Of a DNA stretch of 64,000 bases, positions 15,934-25,364 are shown one piece after another (position 1 is the first letter of the stretch; each line of letters opens with the position of its first letter). The position numbers were made by a program, and so were the translations under genes. This stretch comes from Escherichia coli (GTDB lineage Bacteria; Pseudomonadota; Gammaproteobacteria; Enterobacterales; Enterobacteriaceae), in NCBI RefSeq assembly GCF_013315695.1, contig NZ_CP054353.1; one strand, given 5' to 3'. The notes under the pieces are model-generated. The model was not told where the DNA came from and did no database searches. It saw nothing but the letters and a program-made list of their open reading frames with translations.

Positions 15934-16920
15934 ATGTCGCACGTAGAGTTACAACCGGGTTTTGACTTTCAGCAAGCAGGTAAAGAAGTCCTGGCGATTG
16001 AACGTGAATGCCTGGCGGAGCTTGATCAATACATCAATCAGAATTTCACGCTTGCCTGTGAAAAGATGTTCTGGTGTAAAGGGAAAGTTGTCGTCATGGG
16101 GATGGGGAAATCGGGGCACATCGGGCGTAAAATGGCAGCAACGTTTGCCAGCACCGGTACACCTTCATTTTTCGTCCATCCTGGTGAAGCCGCGCATGGT
16201 GATTTAGGCATGGTCACCCCACAGGATGTGGTGATTGCTATCTCTAACTCAGGTGAATCCAGCGAAATCACGGCCTTAATTCCAGTGCTTAAGCGTCTTC
16301 ACGTACCGTTAATCTGCATCACCGGTCGCCCGGAGAGCAGCATGGCGCGCGCCGCAGATGTGCATCTGTGTGTTAAAGTAGCGAAAGAAGCCTGTCCGTT
16401 AGGGCTGGCACCGACCAGCAGCACCACCGCCACGCTGGTTATGGGCGATGCCCTCGCTGTCGCGCTGTTAAAAGCACGCGGCTTTACTGCTGAAGATTTT
16501 GCGCTCTCACACCCAGGCGGCGCACTGGGTCGTAAACTTCTGCTGCGCGTAAACGATATTATGCATACGGGCGATGAGATCCCGCATGTTAAGAAAACGG
16601 CCAGTCTGCGTGACGCATTGCTGGAAGTTACCCGCAAAAATCTTGGTATGACTGTCATTTGCGATGACAATATGATGATTGAAGGCATCTTTACCGACGG
16701 TGATTTACGCCGTGTCTTCGATATGGGCGTGGATGTTCGTCAGTTAAGTATTGCCGATGTGATGACGCCGGGGGGAATACGCGTGCGCCCTGGCATCCTG
16801 GCCGTTGAGGCACTGAACTTAATGCAGTCCCGTCATATCACCTCCGTGATGGTTGCCGATGGCGACCATTTACTCGGTGTGTTACATATGCATGATTTAC
16901 TGCGTGCAGGCGTAGTGTAA
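15934..16920 (+). CDS. kdsD: D-arabinose 5-phosphate isomerase KdsD
   Basis: Trimmed to MSHVELQPGFDFQQAGKEVLAIERECLAELDQYINQNF...; SIS domain followed by tandem CBS domains (328 aa). Confidence 0.94.
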   Translation: MSHVELQPGFDFQQAGKEVLAIERECLAELDQYINQNFTLACEKMFWCKGKVVVMGMGKSGHIGRKMAATFASTGTPSFFVHPGEAAHGDLGMVTPQDVVIAISNSGESSEITALIPVLKRLHVPLICITGRPESSMARAADVHLCVKVAKEACPLGLAPTSSTTATLVMGDALAVALLKARGFTAEDFALSHPGGALGRKLLLRVNDIMHTGDEIPHVKKTASLRDALLEVTRKNLGMTVICDDNMMIEGIFTDGDLRRVFDMGVDVRQLSIADVMTPGGIRVRPGILAVEALNLMQSRHITSVMVADGDHLLGVLHMHDLLRAGVV

Positions 16921-16940
16921 AGATTCAAGGATAAACAACA

Positions 16941-17507
16941 ATGAGCAAAGCAGGTGCGTCGCTTGCGACCTGTTACGGCCCTGTCAGCGCCGACGTTATG
17001 GCAAAAGCAGAGAACATTCGTCTGCTGATCCTCGATGTCGATGGCGTACTGTCAGATGGCCTGATTTATATGGGCAATAATGGCGAAGAGCTGAAAGCGT
17101 TCAATGTTCGTGACGGTTATGGCATTCGTTGTGCGCTCACCTCTGATATTGAAGTCGCTATCATTACCGGGCGAAAGGCTAAACTGGTAGAAGATCGTTG
17201 TGCCACATTGGGGATCACTCACTTGTATCAGGGGCAGTCAAACAAACTGATCGCCTTTAGCGATCTGCTGGAAAAACTGGCGATTGCCCCGGAAAATGTG
17301 GCTTATGTCGGCGATGATCTCATCGACTGGCCGGTAATGGAAAAAGTGGGTTTAAGCGTCGCCGTGGCCGATGCGCATCCACTGTTGATCCCGCGCGCCG
17401 ATTACGTGACGCGCATTGCTGGCGGTCGTGGCGCAGTGCGAGAAGTTTGCGACTTATTACTCCTGGCGCAGGGCAAACTGGATGAAGCCAAAGGGCAATC
17501 GATATGA
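16941..17507 (+). CDS. kdsC: KDO 8-phosphate phosphatase KdsC
   Basis: 188-aa ORF with HAD motif LLILDVDGVLSDG. Confidence 0.94.
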   Translation: MSKAGASLATCYGPVSADVMAKAENIRLLILDVDGVLSDGLIYMGNNGEELKAFNVRDGYGIRCALTSDIEVAIITGRKAKLVEDRCATLGITHLYQGQSNKLIAFSDLLEKLAIAPENVAYVGDDLIDWPVMEKVGLSVAVADAHPLLIPRADYVTRIAGGRGAVREVCDLLLLAQGKLDEAKGQSI

Positions 17508-18079
17508 GTAAAGCCAGACGTTGGGTTATCATTGTGCTATCACTGGCGGTTCTGGTGATGATCGGCATTAATATGGCCGAAAAAGACGATACCGCCCAGG
17601 TGGTCGTCAACAACAATGATCCCACCTATAAAAGCGAGCATACGGACACGCTCGTCTATAACCCAGAAGGGGCACTAAGCTATCGATTGATTGCTCAACA
17701 CGTTGAATATTATTCCGATCAGGCCGTTTCGTGGTTTACGCAGCCGGTACTTACCACGTTTGATAAGGATAAAATCCCGACATGGTCCGTAAAAGCAGAT
17801 AAAGCCAAGCTGACCAATGACCGGATGCTCTATTTATATGGACACGTTGAAGTCAACGCACTCGTGCCGGACTCTCAACTTCGCAGAATCACGACGGATA
17901 ACGCGCAGATCAATCTGGTGACGCAGGATGTTACCTCTGAAGACCTCGTCACGTTATACGGAACAACATTTAACTCCAGCGGTCTGAAAATGCGCGGCAA
18001 CTTACGCAGCAAGAACGCCGAGCTGATTGAAAAGGTTAGAACATCCTATGAAATTCAAAACAAACAAACTCAGCCTTAA
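17504..18079 (+). CDS. lptC: LPS export protein LptC
   Basis: 191-aa ORF MSKARRWVIIVLSLAVLVMIGINMAEKDDTAQVVVNNNDPTYKSEHTDTLVYNPEG...; start overlaps kdsC stop (ATGA). Confidence 0.94.
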   Translation: MSKARRWVIIVLSLAVLVMIGINMAEKDDTAQVVVNNNDPTYKSEHTDTLVYNPEGALSYRLIAQHVEYYSDQAVSWFTQPVLTTFDKDKIPTWSVKADKAKLTNDRMLYLYGHVEVNALVPDSQLRRITTDNAQINLVTQDVTSEDLVTLYGTTFNSSGLKMRGNLRSKNAELIEKVRTSYEIQNKQTQP

Positions 18080-18605
18080 TCTTGTGCTTGCCAGCTCACT
18101 TCTGGCCGCCAGCATTCCGGCATTTGCCGTAACCGGAGACACTGATCAGCCGATCCACATTGAATCGGACCAGCAATCTCTTGATATGCAAGGCAACGTG
18201 GTTACCTTTACCGGTAATGTCATCGTCACCCAGGGCACCATCAAAATTAATGCCGACAAAGTGGTCGTTACCCGTCCGGGCGGCGAACAAGGTAAAGAAG
18301 TGATTGACGGCTACGGTAAACCGGCAACGTTCTACCAGATGCAGGACAATGGTAAACCCGTTGAAGGTCACGCTTCCCAGATGCACTACGAACTGGCAAA
18401 AGATTTTGTCGTTCTGACGGGTAATGCTTATCTGCAGCAGGTCGATAGCAACATTAAGGGCGATAAGATCACTTACCTGGTGAAAGAGCAGAAAATGCAG
18501 GCTTTCAGCGACAAAGGTAAGCGCGTAACCACCGTTCTGGTGCCGTCGCAGCTGCAGGACAAAAACAACAAAGGCCAGACCCCGGCACAGAAGAAGGGTA
18601 ATTAA
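18048..18605 (+). CDS. lptA: Periplasmic LPS transport protein LptA
   Basis: Trimmed to MKFKTNKLSLNLVLASSLLAASIPAFAVTGDTDQPIHIESDQQSLDMQGN... (185 aa); overlaps lptC 3' end. Confidence 0.94.
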   Translation: MKFKTNKLSLNLVLASSLLAASIPAFAVTGDTDQPIHIESDQQSLDMQGNVVTFTGNVIVTQGTIKINADKVVVTRPGGEQGKEVIDGYGKPATFYQMQDNGKPVEGHASQMHYELAKDFVVLTGNAYLQQVDSNIKGDKITYLVKEQKMQAFSDKGKRVTTVLVPSQLQDKNNKGQTPAQKKGN

Positions 18606-18611
18606 TTCGTT

Positions 18612-19337
18612 ATGGCAACATTAACTGCAAAGAACCTTGCAAAAGCCTATAAAGGCCGTCGCGTGGTAGAAGACGTCAGCCTGACCGTCAACTCCGGGGA
18701 AATTGTCGGTCTGCTGGGGCCAAACGGTGCCGGTAAGACCACCACTTTCTACATGGTTGTAGGCATTGTGCCGCGCGATGCGGGCAACATCATTATTGAT
18801 GATGACGATATCAGTCTGCTGCCTCTGCATGCACGCGCGCGCCGCGGTATCGGCTATCTGCCACAGGAAGCCTCCATTTTCCGTCGCCTCAGCGTTTACG
18901 ATAACCTGATGGCGGTACTGCAAATTCGTGACGACTTGTCTGCTGAACAACGTGAAGACCGCGCGAACGAGCTGATGGAAGAGTTTCACATTGAGCACCT
19001 GCGTGACAGCATGGGGCAGTCACTCTCCGGGGGTGAACGTCGCCGTGTAGAAATTGCCCGCGCACTGGCTGCGAATCCGAAATTTATTCTGCTCGACGAA
19101 CCGTTTGCCGGGGTTGACCCGATCTCGGTTATCGACATTAAACGCATCATTGAACACCTGCGCGACAGCGGCCTGGGCGTACTGATCACTGACCACAACG
19201 TGCGTGAAACACTGGCGGTTTGTGAACGCGCTTATATCGTCAGTCAGGGGCATTTGATCGCCCACGGCACGCCTACAGAAATCTTACAAGACGAACACGT
19301 TAAGCGTGTATACCTTGGGGAAGACTTCAGACTCTGA
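18612..19337 (+). CDS. lptB: LPS export ABC transporter ATPase LptB
   Basis: 241-aa ORF with Walker [10 protein letters not shown], signature LSGGERRR, Walker B ILLDEP. Confidence 0.95.
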
Positions 19338-19384
19338 TAGGGTAGAAGTTTGCGACGTTTTAGCAGGAGAGTACGATTCTGAAC

Positions 19385-20818
19385 ATGAAGCAAGGTTTGC
19401 AACTCAGGCTTAGCCAACAACTGGCGATGACGCCACAGCTCCAACAGGCAATTCGTCTGTTGCAGTTGTCGACGCTGGAACTTCAGCAGGAGCTACAGCA
19501 GGCGCTGGAGAGTAATCCGCTGCTTGAGCAAATCGACACTCATGAAGAAATCGACACCCGCGAAACGCAAGACAGTGAAACGCTGGACACCGCCGACGCG
19601 CTCGAACAAAAAGAGATGCCGGAAGAGCTGCCGCTCGATGCCAGTTGGGACACCATTTACACCGCTGGTACACCCTCCGGCACCAGCGGTGACTACATTG
19701 ACGACGAGCTGCCGGTCTATCAGGGCGAAACGACGCAGACCTTGCAGGATTACCTGATGTGGCAGGTCGAGCTGACACCGTTTTCCGACACTGACCGCGC
19801 TATTGCTACCTCTATCGTCGATGCCGTTGATGACACCGGTTATCTGACTGTCCCGCTGGAAGATATTCTCGAAAGTATGGGCGATGAAGAGATCGACATC
19901 GACGAGGTTGAAGCCGTCCTTAAGCGGATCCAACGGTTTGATCCGGTCGGTGTGGCGGCAAAAGATCTGCGTGACTGCCTGCTGATCCAACTCTCCCAAT
20001 TCGATAAAACCACGCCGTGGCTGGAAGAGGCCAGACTGATTATTAGCGATCATCTCGATCTGTTAGCCAATCACGACTTCCGCACTTTAATGCGCGTCAC
20101 GCGTCTGAAAGAAGATGTGCTGAAAGAAGCCGTCAATCTGATCCAGTCGCTCGATCCGCGCCCCGGGCAGTCGATCCAGACTGGCGAACCTGAGTATGTC
20201 ATTCCAGATGTGCTGGTGCGTAAGCATAACGGTCACTGGACGGTAGAACTCAACAGTGACAGCATTCCGCGTCTGCAAATCAACCAGCACTACGCCTCGA
20301 TGTGCAATAACGCGCGCAACGATGGTGACAGCCAGTTTATCCGCAGCAATCTGCAGGATGCCAAATGGTTGATCAAGAGTCTGGAAAGCCGTAACGATAC
20401 GCTACTGCGCGTGAGTCGCTGTATCGTTGAACAGCAGCAAGCCTTCTTTGAGCAAGGTGAAGAATATATGAAACCGATGGTACTGGCCGATATCGCCCAG
20501 GCTGTCGAAATGCATGAATCGACGATATCTCGCGTGACCACGCAAAAATACCTGCATAGTCCACGAGGCATTTTTGAACTGAAGTATTTCTTTTCCAGTC
20601 ACGTCAATACCGAGGGCGGCGGCGAAGCTTCCTCCACGGCGATTCGTGCGCTGGTGAAGAAATTAATCGCGGCGGAAAACCCAGCGAAACCGTTGAGCGA
20701 CAGCAAGTTAACCTCTTTGCTGTCGGAACAAGGTATCATGGTGGCACGCCGCACTGTTGCGAAGTACCGAGAGTCTTTATCCATTCCGCCGTCAAACCAG
20801 CGTAAACAGCTCGTTTGA
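19385..20818 (+). CDS. rpoN: RNA polymerase sigma-54 factor RpoN
   Basis: 477-aa [52 protein letters not shown]...; C-terminal RpoN box [10 protein letters not shown]. Confidence 0.97.
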   Translation: MKQGLQLRLSQQLAMTPQLQQAIRLLQLSTLELQQELQQALESNPLLEQIDTHEEIDTRETQDSETLDTADALEQKEMPEELPLDASWDTIYTAGTPSGTSGDYIDDELPVYQGETTQTLQDYLMWQVELTPFSDTDRAIATSIVDAVDDTGYLTVPLEDILESMGDEEIDIDEVEAVLKRIQRFDPVGVAAKDLRDCLLIQLSQFDKTTPWLEEARLIISDHLDLLANHDFRTLMRVTRLKEDVLKEAVNLIQSLDPRPGQSIQTGEPEYVIPDVLVRKHNGHWTVELNSDSIPRLQINQHYASMCNNARNDGDSQFIRSNLQDAKWLIKSLESRNDTLLRVSRCIVEQQQAFFEQGEEYMKPMVLADIAQAVEMHESTISRVTTQKYLHSPRGIFELKYFFSSHVNTEGGGEASSTAIRALVKKLIAAENPAKPLSDSKLTSLLSEQGIMVARRTVAKYRESLSIPPSNQRKQLV

Positions 20819-20840
20819 CCCAACCGATAAGGAAGACACT

Positions 20841-21128
20841 ATGCAGCTCAACATTACCGGAAATAACGTCGAGATCACCGAGGCACTGCGCGAATTTGTT
20901 ACAGCCAAATTTGCCAAACTTGAGCAATATTTTGACCGAATCAACCAGGTCTATGTTGTTCTGAAAGTGGAGAAAGTCACCCACACCTCAGATGCAACAC
21001 TGCATGTAAACGGTGGTGAAATTCATGCCAGCGCGGAAGGTCAGGACATGTACGCTGCCATTGATGGCTTAATTGATAAGCTGGCACGCCAGTTGACCAA
21101 ACATAAAGATAAACTGAAACAACACTAA
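20841..21128 (+). CDS. hpf: Ribosome hibernation promoting factor
   Basis: Trimmed to MQLNITGNNVEITEALREFVTAKFAKLEQYFDRINQVYVVLKVEK... (95 aa). Confidence 0.93.
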   Translation: MQLNITGNNVEITEALREFVTAKFAKLEQYFDRINQVYVVLKVEKVTHTSDATLHVNGGEIHASAEGQDMYAAIDGLIDKLARQLTKHKDKLKQH

Positions 21129-21245
21129 TTGTCCGGGCAATTAGCATGTGCATGGCGGCCTGTTGTGCGGCACAACGGGCCATTTGTACGGTTAATGCTC
21201 CGAGCCTGTTCCACTGTTTGAGTGGGCAGGTTCTTAGGTGAAATT

Positions 21246-21737
21246 ATGACAAATAATAATACAACTCTACAGCTTAGCAGTGTTCTTAACAGGGAATGTA
21301 CGCGAAGCCGCGTCCACTGTCAGAGCAAAAAACGCGCCCTGGAAATCATCAGCGAGCTGGCGGCGAAACAACTTAGCCTGCCGCCTCAGGTGGTTTTTGA
21401 AGCTATCCTGACGCGGGAAAAAATGGGCAGTACCGGTATCGGCAATGGTATTGCCATTCCGCATGGCAAACTGGAAGAAGATACTCTGCGCGCCGTTGGC
21501 GTTTTCGTTCAGCTCGAAACGCCTATAGCTTTCGATGCCATCGACAACCAACCGGTGGATTTACTTTTTGCCCTGCTGGTGCCGGCAGACCAAACTAAAA
21601 CGCACCTGCATACTCTGTCACTGGTGGCGAAACGTCTGGCGGACAAAACCATCTGCCGCCGTTTACGCGCAGCCCAGAGCGATGAAGAGCTGTATCAAAT
21701 CATTACGGATACCGAAGGTACTCCGGATGAAGCGTAG
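21246..21737 (+). CDS. ptsN: Nitrogen-related PTS EIIA(Ntr) PtsN
   Basis: Trimmed to MTNNNTTLQLSSVLNRECTRSRVHCQSKKRALEIISELAAKQL...; phosphorylatable His in GNGIAIPHGK. Confidence 0.94.
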   Translation: MTNNNTTLQLSSVLNRECTRSRVHCQSKKRALEIISELAAKQLSLPPQVVFEAILTREKMGSTGIGNGIAIPHGKLEEDTLRAVGVFVQLETPIAFDAIDNQPVDLLFALLVPADQTKTHLHTLSLVAKRLADKTICRRLRAAQSDEELYQIITDTEGTPDEA

Positions 21738-21782
21738 TTATTCGGTAATGTCTCTTTTAGACGTTGTGAGGAGAAACAGTAC

Positions 21783-22637
21783 ATGGTACTGATGATCGTC
21801 AGCGGACGTTCAGGTTCAGGTAAATCTGTCGCCCTGCGTGCGCTGGAAGATATGGGTTTTTACTGCGTGGATAACCTTCCCGTAGTGTTGTTACCCGATC
21901 TGGCTCGAACTCTGGCCGATCGCGAGATTTCTGCCGCCGTCAGCATTGATGTTCGTAATATGCCGGAGTCACCAGAAATATTCGAACAGGCGATGAGTAA
22001 CCTACCTGACGCTTTCTCACCGCAACTACTGTTCCTGGATGCCGACCGTAATACCTTAATTCGTCGTTACAGTGACACGCGCCGACTGCATCCGCTTTCC
22101 AGCAAAAACCTGTCGCTGGAAAGTGCTATCGACAAAGAAAGCGATTTGCTGGAGCCTCTGCGTTCGCGAGCGGATCTGATTGTCGATACCTCAGAAATGT
22201 CCGTTCACGAGCTGGCTGAAATGCTGCGTACCCGTCTGCTGGGTAAACGTGAACGCGAACTGACCATGGTCTTTGAGTCTTTTGGCTTCAAACACGGTAT
22301 CCCTATCGATGCAGATTACGTCTTTGACGTGCGCTTCTTGCCGAACCCGCACTGGGATCCGAAACTGCGTCCAATGACAGGTCTGGATAAGCCTGTCGCC
22401 GCATTCCTCGACCGCCACACAGAAGTACACAATTTTATCTACCAGACGCGAAGCTATCTTGAGCTATGGTTACCTATGCTGGAAACCAACAACCGTAGCT
22501 ACCTGACGGTCGCCATTGGTTGTACCGGCGGGAAGCACCGTTCGGTGTATATTGCAGAGCAACTGGCAGACTACTTCCGCTCGCGCGGTAAAAACGTCCA
22601 GTCACGCCATCGTACGCTGGAAAAACGTAAACCATGA
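21783..22637 (+). CDS. rapZ: RNase adapter protein RapZ (YhbJ)
   Basis: 284-aa [43 protein letters not shown]...; P-loop GRSGSGKS. Confidence 0.94.
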
Positions 22638-22906
22638 CCGTCAAGCAAACTGTTGAAATCACAAACAAGCTGGGCATGCATGCCCGGCCTGCAATGAAGC
22701 TGTTTGAATTAATGCAGGGTTTTGACGCTGAAGTGCTGTTACGTAATGACGAAGGCACCGAGGCTGAAGCCAACAGCGTTATTGCGCTGCTGATGTTGGA
22801 TTCTGCCAAAGGACGGCAGATTGAAGTTGAAGCGACCGGTCCGCAGGAAGAGGAAGCACTGGCCGCCGTTATCGCCCTTTTTAACTCTGGTTTTGATGAA
22901 GATTAA
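22634..22906 (+). CDS. npr: HPr-like phosphocarrier NPr (PtsO)
   Basis: 90-aa [58 protein letters not shown]...; HPr fold with active His in GMHARPA. Confidence 0.93.
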
Positions 22907-23051
22907 TCTTCATCACTTTGACATTCAAATCCCTTCAAGCTCCCCCGGCAATAAGAAAAGCGCGTACTGAAATCGTTATCAATCAACGTCAATTGTACAT
23001 TTCGTGCGCTTTTTACTTTCAGAAGAACCTTAAGAAAACCTTAAGAAGCAT

Positions 23052-23068
23052 TGTTTAGATTTCGTTTA
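23052..23068 (+). promoter_or_regulatory. Candidate PhoP box upstream of yrbL
   Basis: Direct hexamer repeat TGTTTA-gattt-CGTTTA (5-nt spacer) about 50 bp upstream of the yrbL ATG; fits the (T/G)GTTTA-N5-(T/G)GTTTA PhoP consensus. yrbL as a PhoP-regulated gene is from prior knowledge. Confidence 0.5.
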
Positions 23069-23118
23069 AGTTAATCGACCATACTGGAGATCGTCAGAAA
23101 ATATTTCCAGGAGATGGC

Positions 23119-23751
23119 ATGATTCGCTTATCTGAACAAAGTCCCCTGGGCACCGGAAGACATCGGAAATGTTATGCGCATCCGGAAGATGCCCAACGCT
23201 GTATCAAGATTGTCTACCATCGTGGCGATGGTGGCGATAAAGAGATCCGCCGTGAGTTAAAGTACTACGCGCATCTTGGTCGTCGGTTAAAAGACTGGAG
23301 TGGAATACCGCGCTATCACGGTACCGTTGAGACGGATTGCGGAACCGGTTATGTCTACGATGTGATTGCAGATTTTGACGGCAAACCCTCCATTACGCTG
23401 ACCGAATTTGCTGAACAATGCCGTTACGAAGAAGACATTGCACAACTGCGCCAGATACTGAAACAGCTGAAGCGTTATTTGCAGGATAACCGTATCGTGA
23501 CGATGTCGCTGAAGCCGCAGAATATCCTCTGTCACCGCATCAGTGAGTCAGAGGTTATCCCCGTCGTCTGCGACAACATTGGTGAAAGCATATTGATTCC
23601 ACTGGCGACCTGGTCGAAGTGGTGTTGTCTGCGTAAGCAAGAGCGGTTATGGAAACGATTTATCGCCCAACCGGCGCTGACTATTGCCCTGCAGAAAGAT
23701 CTGCAACCTCGTGAAAGCAAAACGCTGACCCTCACTTCGCGCGAAGCTTAA
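23119..23751 (+). CDS. yrbL: PhoP-regulated protein YrbL (function unknown)
   Basis: 210-aa [63 protein letters not shown]... Confidence 0.9.
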   Translation: MIRLSEQSPLGTGRHRKCYAHPEDAQRCIKIVYHRGDGGDKEIRRELKYYAHLGRRLKDWSGIPRYHGTVETDCGTGYVYDVIADFDGKPSITLTEFAEQCRYEEDIAQLRQILKQLKRYLQDNRIVTMSLKPQNILCHRISESEVIPVVCDNIGESILIPLATWSKWCCLRKQERLWKRFIAQPALTIALQKDLQPRESKTLTLTSREA

Positions 23752-24476
23752 TCCAGCTGGTGTTGTTGCATAAACGACTCACCGCCTAACTGATACATCT
23801 GCCGTAAAATCCACGCCTGACGGCTACGCACGTAGCCCGATGGCGCGGAGACTTTGAAACGAAGTGGATTAGGTAATACAGCTGCCAGTAATGCAGCTTC
23901 CGACCGGGTAAGCTTGCTCGCGGGTTTGTGGAAATAACGTTGTGCCGCAGCTTCGACGCCAAACACACCGTCGCCAAATTCGGCGATATTCAGGTAAACC
24001 GTCAGGATACGCTTTTTGCTCCAGACCGTTTCTATCCCCAGTGTTAATCCAGCTTCCAGCCCTTTTCGAACCCAGCTACGCCCATCCCATAAAAAGAGAT
24101 TTTTGGCAGTCTGCTGAGAAATCGTTGAAGCACCGCGAATACGGTTTTCATTGCGCTCGTTGTGCGCCAGGGCTTTCTCAATGGAAGCGACATCAAAGCC
24201 CCAGTGCTCAGGAAATGTCTGATCTTCTGCGGCAATCACCGCCAGTCCCATCCACGGCGAGATTTGATCCATACTGACCCAGTCAGAATGTGCCACGTAA
24301 CGAAAATTGCCATGCAGCCAGGCGCTGACTTGCCGCTCAACCATTACCGCTGAGAAGGGAACAGGCGCAACGCTAAACAACGCGATGCTCCCGCCCCAGA
24401 AAACAGCGAGGACAACCATTAACCGCAGAAGAAAACGGCGAACGAAACTAAACACCGTTAAGCGGCTTTTACTCAT
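23748..24476 (-). CDS. mtgA: Monofunctional peptidoglycan glycosyltransferase MtgA
   Basis: 242-aa [39 protein letters not shown]...; transglycosylase motifs [15 protein letters not shown] and [10 protein letters not shown]; its 3' end overlaps yrbL convergently by 4 bp. Confidence 0.94.
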   Translation of the reverse strand: MSKSRLTVFSFVRRFLLRLMVVLAVFWGGSIALFSVAPVPFSAVMVERQVSAWLHGNFRYVAHSDWVSMDQISPWMGLAVIAAEDQTFPEHWGFDVASIEKALAHNERNENRIRGASTISQQTAKNLFLWDGRSWVRKGLEAGLTLGIETVWSKKRILTVYLNIAEFGDGVFGVEAAAQRYFHKPASKLTRSEAALLAAVLPNPLRFKVSAPSGYVRSRQAWILRQMYQLGGESFMQQHQLD

Positions 24477-25126
24477 TCAGCCAGTACCAGCACGCGGGAA
24501 ACCAGCTTATCAATGCCGCTCGCCGCTTCTGCAATGTTCTGCGCCAGCATATATGCCGGGGTGGTGACAATCTTATTGTCTTCATCAACCACGATATCAT
24601 CGACAGGACACGGCACATGCTCCGCGCCCATCTCTTCCAGCACTTCTGCGGTATCGATATCAGTACCGATGGTCAAACGCAGCGGGAAATCGAAAATTTT
24701 CGGCAGCATCGCCGGGGCAATACACATAAAACCAAGCGGTTTTCCGGCCTGATGCATCGCTTGTGCCAGCGCCTTTAATTCACGGTCAACGGTGCATTCG
24801 CGACCAAGACTGGCAAAATTGCTTAAATTCTTCGCCGCGCCAAACCCCCCCGGCACAATCAACGCATCCAGTTCAGCGGCATCGGCCTGAGCCAGAGGAC
24901 GGATTTCACCGCGCATTATTCGTGCCGCTTCAATCAGCACATTGCGCGTTTCCGTCATCGCTTCGCCCGTTAAATGGTTGATAACATCAACCTGCTGCTT
25001 ATCCGGTGCAAAGCAGACCGCCTGCGCACCGCTGCGTGAAATAGCTAACAACGTCAACACCGCTTCATGAATTTCAGAACCGTCATAGACGCCGCATCCG
25101 CTCAGAATTACGCCAATTTTCTTCAT
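24473..25126 (-). CDS. elbB: DJ-1/PfpI-family glyoxalase-like protein ElbB (YhbL)
   Basis: Trimmed to [55 protein letters not shown]... (217 aa). Confidence 0.92.
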   Translation of the reverse strand: MKKIGVILSGCGVYDGSEIHEAVLTLLAISRSGAQAVCFAPDKQQVDVINHLTGEAMTETRNVLIEAARIMRGEIRPLAQADAAELDALIVPGGFGAAKNLSNFASLGRECTVDRELKALAQAMHQAGKPLGFMCIAPAMLPKIFDFPLRLTIGTDIDTAEVLEEMGAEHVPCPVDDIVVDEDNKIVTTPAYMLAQNIAEAASGIDKLVSRVLVLAE

Positions 25127-25243
25127 TGTGATCATCCTTTCGCAATTGACTGAAACACATTAATTTTTTTAATAAAAATGCTACGCATCACACATTTAAC
25201 TGATTCATGTAACAAATCATTTAAGTTTTGCTATCTTAACTGC

Positions 25244-25364
25244 GTGCGGCCTGAAAAACAGTGCTGTGCCCTTGTAACTCATCATAATAATTTACGGCGC
25301 AGCCAAGATTTCCCTGGTGTTGGCGCAGTATTCGCGCACCCCGGTATAGCCGGGGTCATTTTTT
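25244..25364 (+). ncRNA. arcZ: ArcZ small RNA (SraH/RyhA)
   Basis: Sequence GTGCGGCCTGAAAAACAGTGCTGTGCCCTTGTAACTCATCATAATAATTTACGGCGCAGCCAAGATTTCCCTGGTGTTGGCGCAGTATTCGCGCACCCCGGT.TAGCCGGGGTCATTTTTT recognised as ArcZ; ends in CCCCGG/CCGGGG hairpin plus U-tract; 3' end overlaps the arcB stop region convergently. Confidence 0.9.
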
